From the IMG/VR virus record IMGVR_UViG_2645727946_000002: DNA of 64,000 bases; one strand, given 5' to 3'. Position 1 is the first letter of the stretch. The number at the start of each line of letters is the position of its first letter. This DNA comes from a virus. Its lineage: Duplodnaviria > Heunggongvirae > Uroviricota > Caudoviricetes. Below are positions 27,051 to 36,407 of this stretch, in pieces. Under the pieces are notes generated by a model, which worked only from the letters and a program-made list of their open reading frames with translations, searched no databases and was not told the origin of the DNA. A program made the translations under genes and the position numbers.

Positions 27051-28751
27051 GTGTCCCAGACCGGTGTCCCACTTTTTGTGGATCACCACCTTGCACCTGC
27101 CTTCGCACCTCGCCAAATCGCGCCACGGCGTCTTCTACTTCCGCCTGACCTTCAGGGCGGCGGGCGCTACCAAGGAGAAGCGGAGATCTCCTTGCGCACC
27201 AAAACCCCCCAAGAAGCACGCTTCAAGGCCCTATGCCTTTCCGGGATAATGGCCGTTCACAAACAGAAGCAGCAGAGGGACATGGCCTTGGACTACCTCA
27301 ACACGGCAGAAGGCATTGCAGGCCAAGGCCCCGATAGCGACTTTCTTCTGAACCTGCTCCACCGTGTAGACCGTCAGCAGTTGGCTGAACTGGCCGGATT
27401 GTCGTTGGAAGCAATCAATGATCTGCTGACCTCCCCCGCAGCACCAGACACCCGCAGACTGGATATTGAATTGCCGGGCGGCTTTGCCCTTCGCAACGTC
27501 AACAGCGACGAGGACATGGGCCGTGCGGTTCAAATTCTCAAAACGCTGAACCTGTCGCCCGAAGCACTGGCAAAGCTGATTAGCAGCAACCTCAACCCTG
27601 CACAGGTGGTCCCTGTTCCGGCCTCACCGCCAGCAGCGCCGCGACACGACACCACGGAAGTAGGCGGCACCACCATTCAGGAGATGGTGCCGAGGTTTGC
27701 CACCCGCAAGAAGAACAAGCTTGCTGCCAAGACCCTTTACGAGTATGGCAACTATCACAGGAAGTTCGTGGAGTGGCTTGAGACTCGGACGAAGAAAAAA
27801 CACATTCCCGTCCACAGCATTACCCGTGCTGACTTGGCCGACTTCATTGACGATCTGCTGGACGAGGGGATCACCGCCAAGACCATTCAGCAAAAGTATC
27901 TCGCGGCGATCAGCGGCCTGTTTGAGCTCGCGCAGACGACCGGCGTCCTTCCTGAAGGTCAGCAATTGGTGAGCCGTGGGCACAAGATTTTCTCCAAGGC
28001 AGACGCCAAGAAGTCTGCTGTCGCCAACGGCTACAAAGCATTCACGGACGACGAACTGAAGAGGATTTTTCGGCCTGACCTCCTGAGCAAAGCTGAACGG
28101 CCTGCCGATTTTTGGCTCCCCATGCTGGGGCTCTTCACCGGTGGCCGGATCTCCGAGCTTGCGCAATTGGACATTGCCGACGTTCAACAGCACTACGGAG
28201 TTTGGGCCTTCTCAATCAACGACGAAGGGGACAAGTCCCTCAAGACGTTGGCGGCTATCCGCTTGATCCCGATTCACCCCGTGCTGATCCAATGCGGAAT
28301 CTTGGACTACGTGAACGACGCCAAGGCACACGGAACAAAGCTGTTTTCTTACCTAACGCCGAATAAGTTCGGCTCCTACGGTGATACACCCAGTGAGCGC
28401 TGGGGCAATCACCTTGACGTCCTGAATATCAAAGACCCGCAGAAGGTGTTCCACTCCTTCCGCCGCACGTCCAACAACCGCTTGAAGCAAAACGGTGTGT
28501 CTGAGGAAAGCCGCTGCCAGTTCGTCGGCCATGAGCATGACACGGTGAATTCCGCGATCTACTCAGATCCGCACAATCTGCAATTCCTGCTGGATAACGT
28601 GGCAAGCAAGCTGGACTATCCCGCGTTGGACTTCAAGGCGTTGAAATACCACCCAGGCCAGTTCAGCGACATGCTGGCGCACCTTTGCGCGAAGAAGGAG
28701 AGCATGGCGCGGCACAAAGCGGCCAAGGCAAAGTTGGGCGCCAATCGTTGA
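27051..28751 (+). CDS. tyrosine-type site-specific integrase (N-terminus probably split by frameshift near 27183)
   Basis: C-terminal catalytic region with HSFRRT…GHEHDTVNSAIYS (R/H/R/Y). Integrase N-terminal arm motif RHGVFYFRL is encoded in the adjacent frame at 27121..27147 and joins the main frame around 27183. Confidence 0.85.
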   Translation: MSQTGVPLFVDHHLAPAFAPRQIAPRRLLLPPDLQGGGRYQGEAEISLRTKTPQEARFKALCLSGIMAVHKQKQQRDMALDYLNTAEGIAGQGPDSDFLLNLLHRVDRQQLAELAGLSLEAINDLLTSPAAPDTRRLDIELPGGFALRNVNSDEDMGRAVQILKTLNLSPEALAKLISSNLNPAQVVPVPASPPAAPRHDTTEVGGTTIQEMVPRFATRKKNKLAAKTLYEYGNYHRKFVEWLETRTKKKHIPVHSITRADLADFIDDLLDEGITAKTIQQKYLAAISGLFELAQTTGVLPEGQQLVSRGHKIFSKADAKKSAVANGYKAFTDDELKRIFRPDLLSKAERPADFWLPMLGLFTGGRISELAQLDIADVQQHYGVWAFSINDEGDKSLKTLAAIRLIPIHPVLIQCGILDYVNDAKAHGTKLFSYLTPNKFGSYGDTPSERWGNHLDVLNIKDPQKVFHSFRRTSNNRLKQNGVSEESRCQFVGHEHDTVNSAIYSDPHNLQFLLDNVASKLDYPALDFKALKYHPGQFSDMLAHLCAKKESMARHKAAKAKLGANR

Positions 28752-28918
28752 AACGTTGCCCACCGCTCAGGCTGCGCCTGCCTATGGAAAGCCTTGCTCT
28801 TGTTTGCCAAAGGGCAACGGCAAGGTTTTCCACAGGTCCAGCCGTGGGCAACAAGCGCCGTTGGTGGACGGCGGCAAACAGAGACTCAGGGAAACCAATT
28901 CGGATCAAACACTCAACG

Positions 28919-30553
28919 CTATTCCTCTTTCTTCACCTTGGCGCTGTCGAGTCGCGTTGCAAGATAAGAAACAAGGCTCAGAATATTCAAGCAATCCAGC
29001 TCCGAAATTACTTCCGGCACAATTTTAGCCATGGGCGTGTGATTAATCGGATTTCTGAATCCGGTCATTAACCCTCGCGTTAGAAATTGCTGCCCCTCTT
29101 GCATATTGAATTTTGATTCTGTATCCAAATCATTTATCTGAATATTGGCATACTTCGTAACTTTATCCGCACCAGTTCTGACAGAAAACATATCTGCAAG
29201 CTTTACGCCATCAACATCCTGACCAGACAATTCTCTAATCTTTAGGCCGTAAAGCTTTGCCCCTTGATCTGCGGCGTGACCGTATTGCTTATTCTTGTAG
29301 TATTCGGCGACGCCATCTTTAAGGCTCTCATGCAGATGCCGCCAATGTAAGAGAGGGTATTCCGGGATAAGCGCATACAATTCTTTCACTACCGGCGCAA
29401 ACGTCTCGGCAACATCCTCATTGCCGCCCATTTTTTTGACAATTGACTCTACGGGGCCGCGAACATCATCCGGCAGCGTGTCAAACCATTTATCGACATC
29501 TATGCCAGTTTCTTTTTGAAGGTCTTTATCCTTCTTTTCGGCCCTCTTTTTTCTCCAATCTTGACCCACGCGGCCGATCAGCTCGGAAAGATGCTTTCGA
29601 AAAGCAGCCATCTCTGGATTGTCCCAGTTAATGGACTGCCGATTGGTTGAAATGACATCTTCATCAAGAAGGTCAATGAAGTCTGCCTTTATCCAGCCTG
29701 TGAGGTATTGATAGAAATGACTGGAAGCACTCTCTGAAAAATATTCGGGCAAATTTACCAATTTCCCGCGTGAAAAAATCGCTATCCCCCGGAGACCTGA
29801 ACTCGGAGGAATTGGGGTTTTCACCGTGATAAAGGTAAGCTCGATCTTGCCAACGTATTCGCTGCCTTTATCTATGAGATCGTCTTGCGTCCATTTGAAC
29901 TGCTCTTCAACATTGCTGTAACGACGATCATTGGAAACCGTAGCAACTTTCCCCTTGGAATCTTTCAGCGTTATCTGAAATCCCGCATCAACGATAAATA
30001 TGCGAGAAAGGCTGTCTGCGACGGCCTCGATGTCAAACAAGCTCTTTCTCTTCAGATTTGACAACTGGATGGTTGTGCCGGATTTCCTATCGGTCTTCTC
30101 ATCAATCAAATCGGTTTGTGGATTATAGACTCCTTCTGCGGTTAACAAAGAGTCCCAATTGAGCGTAAACCGATTTCGCAAACCGTCTTTGATCGTGTCC
30201 ACAACAACATCTTTTGCCAACCCGAAAAGTGCAAGCTTACCCAGTCCTTTTTTCCCGGTAGGAAGCCGATTAAATTTCAGCGACGGCTTATCTCCATCCG
30301 CCGCTCTACGATTTCTTCCGATCATCAGAAATCGATTCTGAATGTCATCGGACGACATTCCTGTCCCATCGTCGTAAACGGTTATGGCCGTGGGCGTCCC
30401 ATTTTGCTCCAGAAACTCGACCCGCACATTACTCGCATCGGCGTCATACGCATTCGAGATCAGTTCGGCCAAGGCGGGAGGCAGCGTCGAATACATTTTG
30501 ACGCCCAGATGCTCGATCGTCTTCGGATCAAACTTCAATTCATACTTAGCCAC
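28919..30553 (-). CDS. GHKL-superfamily ATPase (HATPase_c_3-like), candidate restriction/defence partner of the adjacent C5-MTase
   Basis: N-box ELISNAYDADASNV, G1 box YDDGTGM, G2 box GKKGLGKLALFG. 544 aa. Start overlaps the MTase stop by 8 nt. AT-rich codon usage. Confidence 0.7.
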   Translation of the reverse strand: MAKYELKFDPKTIEHLGVKMYSTLPPALAELISNAYDADASNVRVEFLEQNGTPTAITVYDDGTGMSSDDIQNRFLMIGRNRRAADGDKPSLKFNRLPTGKKGLGKLALFGLAKDVVVDTIKDGLRNRFTLNWDSLLTAEGVYNPQTDLIDEKTDRKSGTTIQLSNLKRKSLFDIEAVADSLSRIFIVDAGFQITLKDSKGKVATVSNDRRYSNVEEQFKWTQDDLIDKGSEYVGKIELTFITVKTPIPPSSGLRGIAIFSRGKLVNLPEYFSESASSHFYQYLTGWIKADFIDLLDEDVISTNRQSINWDNPEMAAFRKHLSELIGRVGQDWRKKRAEKKDKDLQKETGIDVDKWFDTLPDDVRGPVESIVKKMGGNEDVAETFAPVVKELYALIPEYPLLHWRHLHESLKDGVAEYYKNKQYGHAADQGAKLYGLKIRELSGQDVDGVKLADMFSVRTGADKVTKYANIQINDLDTESKFNMQEGQQFLTRGLMTGFRNPINHTPMAKIVPEVISELDCLNILSLVSYLATRLDSAKVKKEE

Positions 30554-31595
30554 GCTCCACCTCCTGCAAGTGTGCCCGATATTGAACGGCCTGCCTCCGA
30601 ATGAATTCGGGTGGCAACGCGTTTCCTATCATCAATGCAACCGCATCCTTTCCCCTGCCAGTGGAAAATCTGTAGCGTGGCGGAAAAGTTTGCAAGAGCG
30701 CGGCTTCGCGCAGTGTAATCGGCCTATCCTCTTCGGGATGTATAAATCGTCCCTTTGATGGATTGGTGCACCCACCCGTAATGGTAGGCGCGACATCCTT
30801 CCAGGCCATCCTGCCATAAACGTCGCGATAGCTATCCGGGCGCTTCAGATGACAATTCAGCCAATATTTTTTTGGAATATCAGATCGCGACCCGCCATCC
30901 CTTGGAACCATTGATATCAGATTTTTGACCTTCTCACTTCTGGATGTCGGAAAATCATGCAATGGATCGCCGCTCATTCCGGGAGGCAATAGATCTGCTA
31001 TTGCGTCCTTAACTGTTCTCCGTTCTTTGACTGGATGAGCATCTGGAATCTTACCAAACCGAGACGCCTTAACGAGCAATCTTTTCCTTCGCTGAGGCAC
31101 CCCGTAATCAGCCGCGTCTTTCACTTGAGCGAAAGCATCGTCTATTTGATAACCTAGAGCGTGCAGGCGAGACTTTAACTCGTGAACTCGCCAATCCTTC
31201 GCCAAAGCAGGAACATTCTCCAGCATTACGGTTTTTGGAAGCATCGCCTCAACGAAGCGAATAAACTCGAACACGAGATCATTCCGCTCATCTTCAATTG
31301 AAGTGGCTTTATTCCGCGTTCGGTGCGACGAAAAACCTTGGCAAGGAGGACAACCTGCCAACAGATCCAACTCCCCCCGCTTGAGCCCCAGTTCCTGCAT
31401 CACTGTCGTGGGGCACAGCATCCGGATATCGTCTTGATATATTTTTGCCGCTCGATTATTTAGTTTATAAGTCTCAGCGGCAATGGGGTTATTCTCTATT
31501 CCCGCGAGCACGCGGAAACCAGCCTTCTTAAGCCCCACCGTTAAACCGCCTGCACCACAAAAAAGGTCAATTGCAGTGTGGTTAATATTAGACAT
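30546..31595 (-). CDS. DNA (cytosine-5)-methyltransferase
   Basis: Motif I DLFCGAGG, motif IV PPCQGFS, ENV motif. Confidence 0.9.
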   Translation of the reverse strand: MSNINHTAIDLFCGAGGLTVGLKKAGFRVLAGIENNPIAAETYKLNNRAAKIYQDDIRMLCPTTVMQELGLKRGELDLLAGCPPCQGFSSHRTRNKATSIEDERNDLVFEFIRFVEAMLPKTVMLENVPALAKDWRVHELKSRLHALGYQIDDAFAQVKDAADYGVPQRRKRLLVKASRFGKIPDAHPVKERRTVKDAIADLLPPGMSGDPLHDFPTSRSEKVKNLISMVPRDGGSRSDIPKKYWLNCHLKRPDSYRDVYGRMAWKDVAPTITGGCTNPSKGRFIHPEEDRPITLREAALLQTFPPRYRFSTGRGKDAVALMIGNALPPEFIRRQAVQYRAHLQEVERG

Positions 31596-31772
31596 CGGCT
31601 TTTAATTTAGTACGTGGCTACGGTTGTTCATGGTCGATGATAACCAAGAACCATCATTTTTGCGAGCCACTCCGCCGAGGGGGCGGCAGATTTTTCAGGC
31701 CCGTGTCGCTTCCACGAGGACGAGAATTTCGCCTCGCAGGTATAGATACTCCCCGCCCGAAAATAATTTTGC

Positions 31773-32054
31773 TCAGAACGAAGCATCCGCGCCAAGTTTT
31801 TTCTCTGGCGGCTTGAGCAACGCCCAAGGTTGCACTTCAAGGGCCTTTGCTATGGCCTCGATGTTGGACAGCGACACATTCCACCGTGACCGCTCCACGG
31901 CAGACACATAAGTCCGATCCAGTCCGCATTCCAGGGCAAGGCGCTCTTGTGACCAGCCCCTTTGCACCCGCAGTAACCGCACATTGAAAGCCAGCACCCC
32001 ACGGAGATCGTCGGGACTGGGTAGTTCTGTGGGTGGCTTGGGCTTGGCAGACAT
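31773..32054 (-). CDS. XRE-family HTH protein, probable R-M controller (C) protein
   Basis: 93 aa HTH (…QERLALECGLDRTYVSAVERS…). Upstream of and co-directional with the MTase and ATPase genes. Confidence 0.55.
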   Translation of the reverse strand: MSAKPKPPTELPSPDDLRGVLAFNVRLLRVQRGWSQERLALECGLDRTYVSAVERSRWNVSLSNIEAIAKALEVQPWALLKPPEKKLGADASF

Positions 32055-32213
32055 CCCGGCAAGCTACCCATGTGATACATTTGCATCCACGGATTTTGCT
32101 TCACATATCGTGCGCATGTGAGGAGGTGCCGTGTATCAGTCCAACTGACCTGCCCCCTACAAACAGGGCCAGCCGGAGTCTAGTAAAGTTCGTTTTCGGA
32201 GAAGAAGACGAAC

Positions 32214-32477
32214 ATGAAGAAGCGCTTTACGGAACAGCAAATCATCGGGTTTCTGAAGGAAGCCGAGGCCGGTATGCCGGTCAAGGAACTGTGCAGGAAG
32301 CATGGGTTCAGTGACGCGTCGTTCTACACCTGGCGCGCGAAGTTCGGCGGCATGGAAGTCTCGGAAGCCCGCCGGCTCAAGGACCTCGAGGTGGAGAATG
32401 CCCGACTGAAGAAACTGCTGGCCGAAGCAATGCTCGATATGGAAGCGTTGAAGGTTGTCGTCAAGGGAAAGCCCTGA
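32214..32477 (+). CDS. IS3-family transposase OrfA
   Basis: MKKRFTEQQIIGFLKEAEAGMPVKELCRKHGFSDASFYTWRAKFGGMEV… HTH plus leucine zipper. Confidence 0.8.
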   Translation: MKKRFTEQQIIGFLKEAEAGMPVKELCRKHGFSDASFYTWRAKFGGMEVSEARRLKDLEVENARLKKLLAEAMLDMEALKVVVKGKP

Positions 32478-32500
32478 GCCCGCAAGCCAAACGCGAAGCA

Positions 32501-33331
32501 GTGTTGGCGATTCGGGAGAAGGTCAACATCTCCGAGCGCCGCGCCTGCCGGCTTGTCGGGCTTTCTCGCAGCGTGCTGCATTACGACGCGAAGCCGGACC
32601 ACGAGAATGAGGTGCTCGCGGCGCGTCTGGTGAAGTTGGCGCACGAACGTCGTCGATTCGGCTACCGCCGACTGCACGCCCTGGTGGAACGCGAAGGCAC
32701 GCACGCCAATCACAAGCGCATCTATCGCCTGTACCGTGAGGCAGGGCTGGCTGTGCGGCGCCGTCGCAAGCGCCACGGCGTCATGATTGAGCGCGAGCAA
32801 CTGGCATTGCCGGGCGCACCCAACGAGGTGTGGTCAATCGATTTCGTGATGGATGCGCTTTCCAACGGCCGGCGCGTGAAGTGCCTGACCGTCGTCGACG
32901 ATTTCACGAAAGAGGCTGTCGACATCGTCGTCGACCATGGCATCTCAGGTTTGTATGTCGCTCGGGCATTGGACCGTGCAGCTCGCTTCCGTGGCTATCC
33001 CAAGGCGGTGCGAACAGACCAGGGCCCCGAATTTACGAGCCGCGCGCTTGACCAGTGGGCGTATGCGAACGGCGTCACGCTGAAGTTGATTCAGGCGGGC
33101 AAGCCAACGCAGAATGCGTACATCGAATCGTTCAACGGCAAGTTCCGCGACGAATGCCTTAACGAGCACTGGTTCACGACGCTCGCGCACGCTCGGGCAG
33201 TCATCGCGGCATGGCGTCAGGACTACAAGCGCACTGAACTACCTTGCGCCGTCAGAGTTTGCGGCGAAACATCGGGCAACCGCGGACGCTCCTGCCGCTT
33301 TCCAGGAGTGGGTTTAAAGGGACTTTGCTAG
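32501..33331 (+). CDS. IS3-family transposase OrfB (DDE integrase core), expressed as OrfAB by -1 frameshift
   Basis: rve-domain sequence …WSIDFVMDAL…VVDDFTKE…RTDQGPEFTS…NAYIESFNGKFRDECLN. Confidence 0.8.
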   Translation: MLAIREKVNISERRACRLVGLSRSVLHYDAKPDHENEVLAARLVKLAHERRRFGYRRLHALVEREGTHANHKRIYRLYREAGLAVRRRRKRHGVMIEREQLALPGAPNEVWSIDFVMDALSNGRRVKCLTVVDDFTKEAVDIVVDHGISGLYVARALDRAARFRGYPKAVRTDQGPEFTSRALDQWAYANGVTLKLIQAGKPTQNAYIESFNGKFRDECLNEHWFTTLAHARAVIAAWRQDYKRTELPCAVRVCGETSGNRGRSCRFPGVGLKGLC

Positions 33332-33438
33332 AAGCCCATTGGCCCTATCGAAGGGGGCAGGTCAGCCGACTCATGCATCTTCCTGTCGTTGCTTGAGGTT
33401 CAGTGCTGGAAAAGTGAATTGTTCAAGGCCGACTCATT

Positions 33439-33846
33439 ATGGTGGACAAGATTTCCGCAGAAGCGCGATCCAAGCTCATGGCGCGTATCCATGGTAAGGA
33501 CACGAAACCTGAGTTGGCCGTGCGATCGATTCTTCACCGACTGGGCTTCAGATTCAGGCTTCATCGCAAAGACCTACCTGGCCGGCCCGATATTGTTCTG
33601 CCGAAACATCGTAAGATCATTTTGGTTCATGGCTGCTTCTGGCACGGCCACACGTGCCGACGGGGAGCGAAACCTAAGTCGAATCAAGACTTCTGGGTGC
33701 GGAAAATACTATCGAATCAGGAGCGCGATAGGCGGACCCTGGCCGCTCTAGCAGAGGCCGGCTGGTCTGTTCTCGAATTATGGGAGTGCGAGATACGTGC
33801 TGGAACCGGCTTAACTGAGCGCCTCATAGAATTCATGCGGGCGTAG
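33439..33846 (+). CDS. vsr: very short patch repair endonuclease Vsr
   Basis: KDTKPELAVRS…LPGRPDIVLPKHRKIILVHGCFWHGHTC…FWVRKILSNQERDRR…GWSVLELWEC. Confidence 0.85.
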   Translation: MVDKISAEARSKLMARIHGKDTKPELAVRSILHRLGFRFRLHRKDLPGRPDIVLPKHRKIILVHGCFWHGHTCRRGAKPKSNQDFWVRKILSNQERDRRTLAALAEAGWSVLELWECEIRAGTGLTERLIEFMRA

Positions 33847-33875
33847 CTGTCACACCGTCGAAAAGTTGGAGCGCT

Positions 33876-34097
33876 ATGGACATCGTTACGGGTATCGTCA
33901 TCGTTACTCTCGTTCCTCTGCTGCTGTTGTCGTTTTTGTTCCGAAACAAGCCGGGATCAACGTTCGGCCCAACTGTTTGTTCGAGGTGCGGTGTTGAACT
34001 GCGTGGCTGGCGAAGTTCTGGTCGGAAGCAAGTTTGGTATCGGGACGATGGCAAGGGGAACCGTGCTTACTTCTGCGCCCGATGTAAGAACAAATGA
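33876..34097 (+). CDS. small membrane/zinc-ribbon protein (hypothetical)
   Basis: N-terminal TM helix plus CSRCG…CARC pairs. Confidence 0.3.
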   Translation: MDIVTGIVIVTLVPLLLLSFLFRNKPGSTFGPTVCSRCGVELRGWRSSGRKQVWYRDDGKGNRAYFCARCKNK

Positions 34098-34236
34098 ATA
34101 CGCGGCCCGCCTCTCTAGTTGTGAAGCCCTGGGGGCTGGCGAAAGCCGAAGGAATTTCGAGGGGGGCACCTTGAAACGCATAGATTTGCCTCTACGTGCT
34201 TCATGGTCAATTTTGGCCGCACTTAATAGAGTAATC

Positions 34237-34458
34237 ATGGCAAACGTCTATGTTGAACCTTGTCCCAAGGGACGCCCAGAAGGTAGCTCGATCACCCACT
34301 ATGTTCTTGAATATGCGCATGGTGTAAGCGTTGACAGCGTTAATCACTATACGCAGGCTTCAGCTATTCAGGCAGCAAAACGGTTGGGACATAACCCGTT
34401 GGTCGCACGAGTGAGAAATACGAACAAGGGGAACCCAGATCATTGGCGAGCTGCTTGA
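34237..34458 (+). CDS. hypothetical small protein
   Basis: ATG 34237 (MANVYVEPCPKGRPEGSS…) inside the longer 33991 ORF. Confidence 0.25.
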   Translation: MANVYVEPCPKGRPEGSSITHYVLEYAHGVSVDSVNHYTQASAIQAAKRLGHNPLVARVRNTNKGNPDHWRAA

Positions 34459-34660
34459 GCCAGAGGGGCGGATTTCCGCCCCTCTTTGCTAGATAGGTGA
34501 CGGTTGGACGCGCAAGGCTGGAAAAGAAATACGCAGGCAGGGCGAATACCGGTAGAGTGACGAGTGTCACGTCACGGGGTCCCGGATTTCATGGGACACC
34601 TGAAACGCAAGCCAAGAAAATTCCATTGCGAATCAATGGCTTGGATCACTGGCCGGGAGT

Positions 34661-34679
34661 ATCCCCCTCTCTCCGCCAG
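34661..34679 (+). repeat. 19-bp direct repeat ATCCCCCTCTCTCCGCCAG (copy 2, right end of 7.7-kb integrase island)
   Basis: Exact copy of 26978..26996. Confidence 0.85.
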
Positions 34680-34882
34680 AACACCTTCCGAGCGGTTCCG
34701 CTCGATTCTCGTAGATCCCCCGAGGCGCCTTATCTGGCGGCGTTTTGGGGGTGTCAATCCTCTTGTCCGTTCCGCCCCGTCCCGACACAATCTACCCATC
34801 GAATGGGGGTAAGTGAAGTGGTCAAGCAACGTTGGACACTGCTCCGGGATAGGCTGCGAGCGCTTCGAAACGCGCTGGCGGC

Positions 34883-35229
34883 AGTCCCTTCGCAGCCGAG
34901 TGAAGGCGACGATGGTTGTAAAAATCGACTAGATAATCAGTGATGTCTTGCTCTGCATGGCGGTGATCGACGTACAACTGGTCGCCGATCCATTCATTTT
35001 TGAGGCTTCGGAAGAAGCGCTCGACCACCGCGTTGTCCCAACAGTTGCCGCGCCGACTCATGCTCTGGATCGTGCCACGGGCGCGCAGCTCGGCGAGAAA
35101 GCGCGTGCTCGTGTATTGGCAGCCCTGATCCGAATGGAACATCAGGCCTGGTGGCGGACGACGATGATCGTAAGCCCGTCTTAATGCCTTTAGTGCCAAG
35201 TCGGTGTCCGCGTGCTGACTAAACGCCCA
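34883..35229 (-). mobile_element. IS3-family orfB 3' fragment (347 bp), copy 1 of an inverted pair
   Basis: Encodes …WAFSQHADTDLALKALRRAYDHRRPPPGLMFHSDQGCQYTS…ERFFRSLKNEW…YNHRRLHSAAKGL. Identical to 40010..40356 on the opposite strand. Confidence 0.65.
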
Positions 35230-36021
35230 GCCCACCACGCGGCGCGCGTACTGGGGGAGCTTGCCGTCCCATTTCTCGATCGCCATCTGTTGCAGGATTT
35301 GGCTGTTCTCGCGTAGTGCTTTCGCTTTCACCTCGAGCGCTTCGGCCTCGCCCTTGGCGATCGCGACTTGCTTTGCCGCGTCCGCCTCGGCTGCACGCAG
35401 TTCGTTCTCCTTCTGCTGCGCGATCTGCGTCGCTGCGATCTTCCCGTTGATCGAGTTCATGACCTGCTCGGGGAGGCGCATCTGATTCACGAAATAGACC
35501 TTCTCGACACTGATTCCGACCTTCGCGGCGTTCGCCTTTACCTCGTCCTCGACGCGCTGCTGTAGCGCCGCCTTGCCCCTGCCGTAGACGTCCTCGACCG
35601 CCATCGACGCGCCGGCGAGATTCAGGGCGTCGCGCACGATCGCGCGCAGGTAGACGCCCGTGATCTCATCGACTCCGCGCCGATACTTCTGGAACACCTT
35701 GGGCGCGTTCTCACGCGGGATCGCGTAGCTCACGCCGATGTCGGTGTTGACCGACAGCCCCTCCACCGTCTGGAACGTGAACGACTCGTCGGACTTGCCA
35801 GCTTTGTCCCACACGTAGGACTGCGTGAACGTCGGGAAGATGAACATGTCGACGTTGGGCCCGTTGAAGTAGCGCCCGGGCCCCTTCACTTCGACGTTGA
35901 CACCACGGTCGTCGCCGTAGCGTTGTACCTTCACACCGACATAGCCGGCTGGGACGTTGTCGCAGCCGGCCGCGAGGAACATCGTCGGCGCGAGGATCAG
36001 AATCAGAAACAGGCGTTTCAC
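35230..36021 (-). pseudogene. SPFH/band-7 family lipoprotein, 3' end replaced by IS3 fragment
   Basis: GTG start with SD AAGGAGA. Lipoprotein signal MKRLFLILILAPTMFLAAGC, SPFH core and coiled coil, abrupt junction …KWDGKLPQYA | RRVVGWAFSQHADT (transposase). Confidence 0.7.
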
Positions 36022-36125
36022 TTGGTCTCCTTGAAATGAGGGGGGATGAATTTCACAAAGGCGGCGGCATATGCCAGCCACACGAACGGCACGGCGAGCA
36101 GGGTGATGCTGCTGTCCTGATTCAT
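36018..36125 (-). CDS. small membrane peptide overlapping SPFH start (possible NfeD-like partner)
   Basis: MNQDSSITLLAVPFVWLAYAAAFVKFIPPHFKETK. Its stop overlaps the SPFH GTG (GTGA). The frame is open further upstream, which would give a longer 2-TM product. Confidence 0.25.
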   Translation of the reverse strand: MNQDSSITLLAVPFVWLAYAAAFVKFIPPHFKETK

Positions 36126-36407
36126 CAGCCACGGGGTGACGATCGACAGCAGCACGAGAAACAGCACGGCCGCGACGATGAGCTTCGAAGCGGTTTTGAT
36201 TGGTATCTCCGGTAAAAAATGGCGGGGCGCGCATATGGGCCGCCCCGCCGAAAGGCCGCGCTTATCCGAGAGGAAATCCCGCGCGCGGCGGGCGGGGAAC
36301 TGCGGTGTGGCTTGCGTTGGTCACAAAAAGCCACGCGTCCGAAGCGCCGGAATGTGCGTGGCTATGGGGAGGGGCGTCGTGCTAGGATTTCCAGCAAACA
36401 GAATCAG

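Larger units (their letters stand above)
32145..33364 (+). mobile_element. IS407-like insertion sequence (IS3 family), complete with imperfect terminal IRs TGACCTGCCCCC…GGGGGCAGGTCA
   Basis: Terminal inverted repeats read directly. orfA and orfB carry a G_GGA_AAG -1 frameshift site at 32464..32470. Confidence 0.75.

Noticed and set aside
26929-27249. 106-aa ORF upstream of the integrase
   Set aside because: Not an independent gene. It contains the out-of-frame integrase N-terminal motif RHGVFYFRL (see the frameshift finding).
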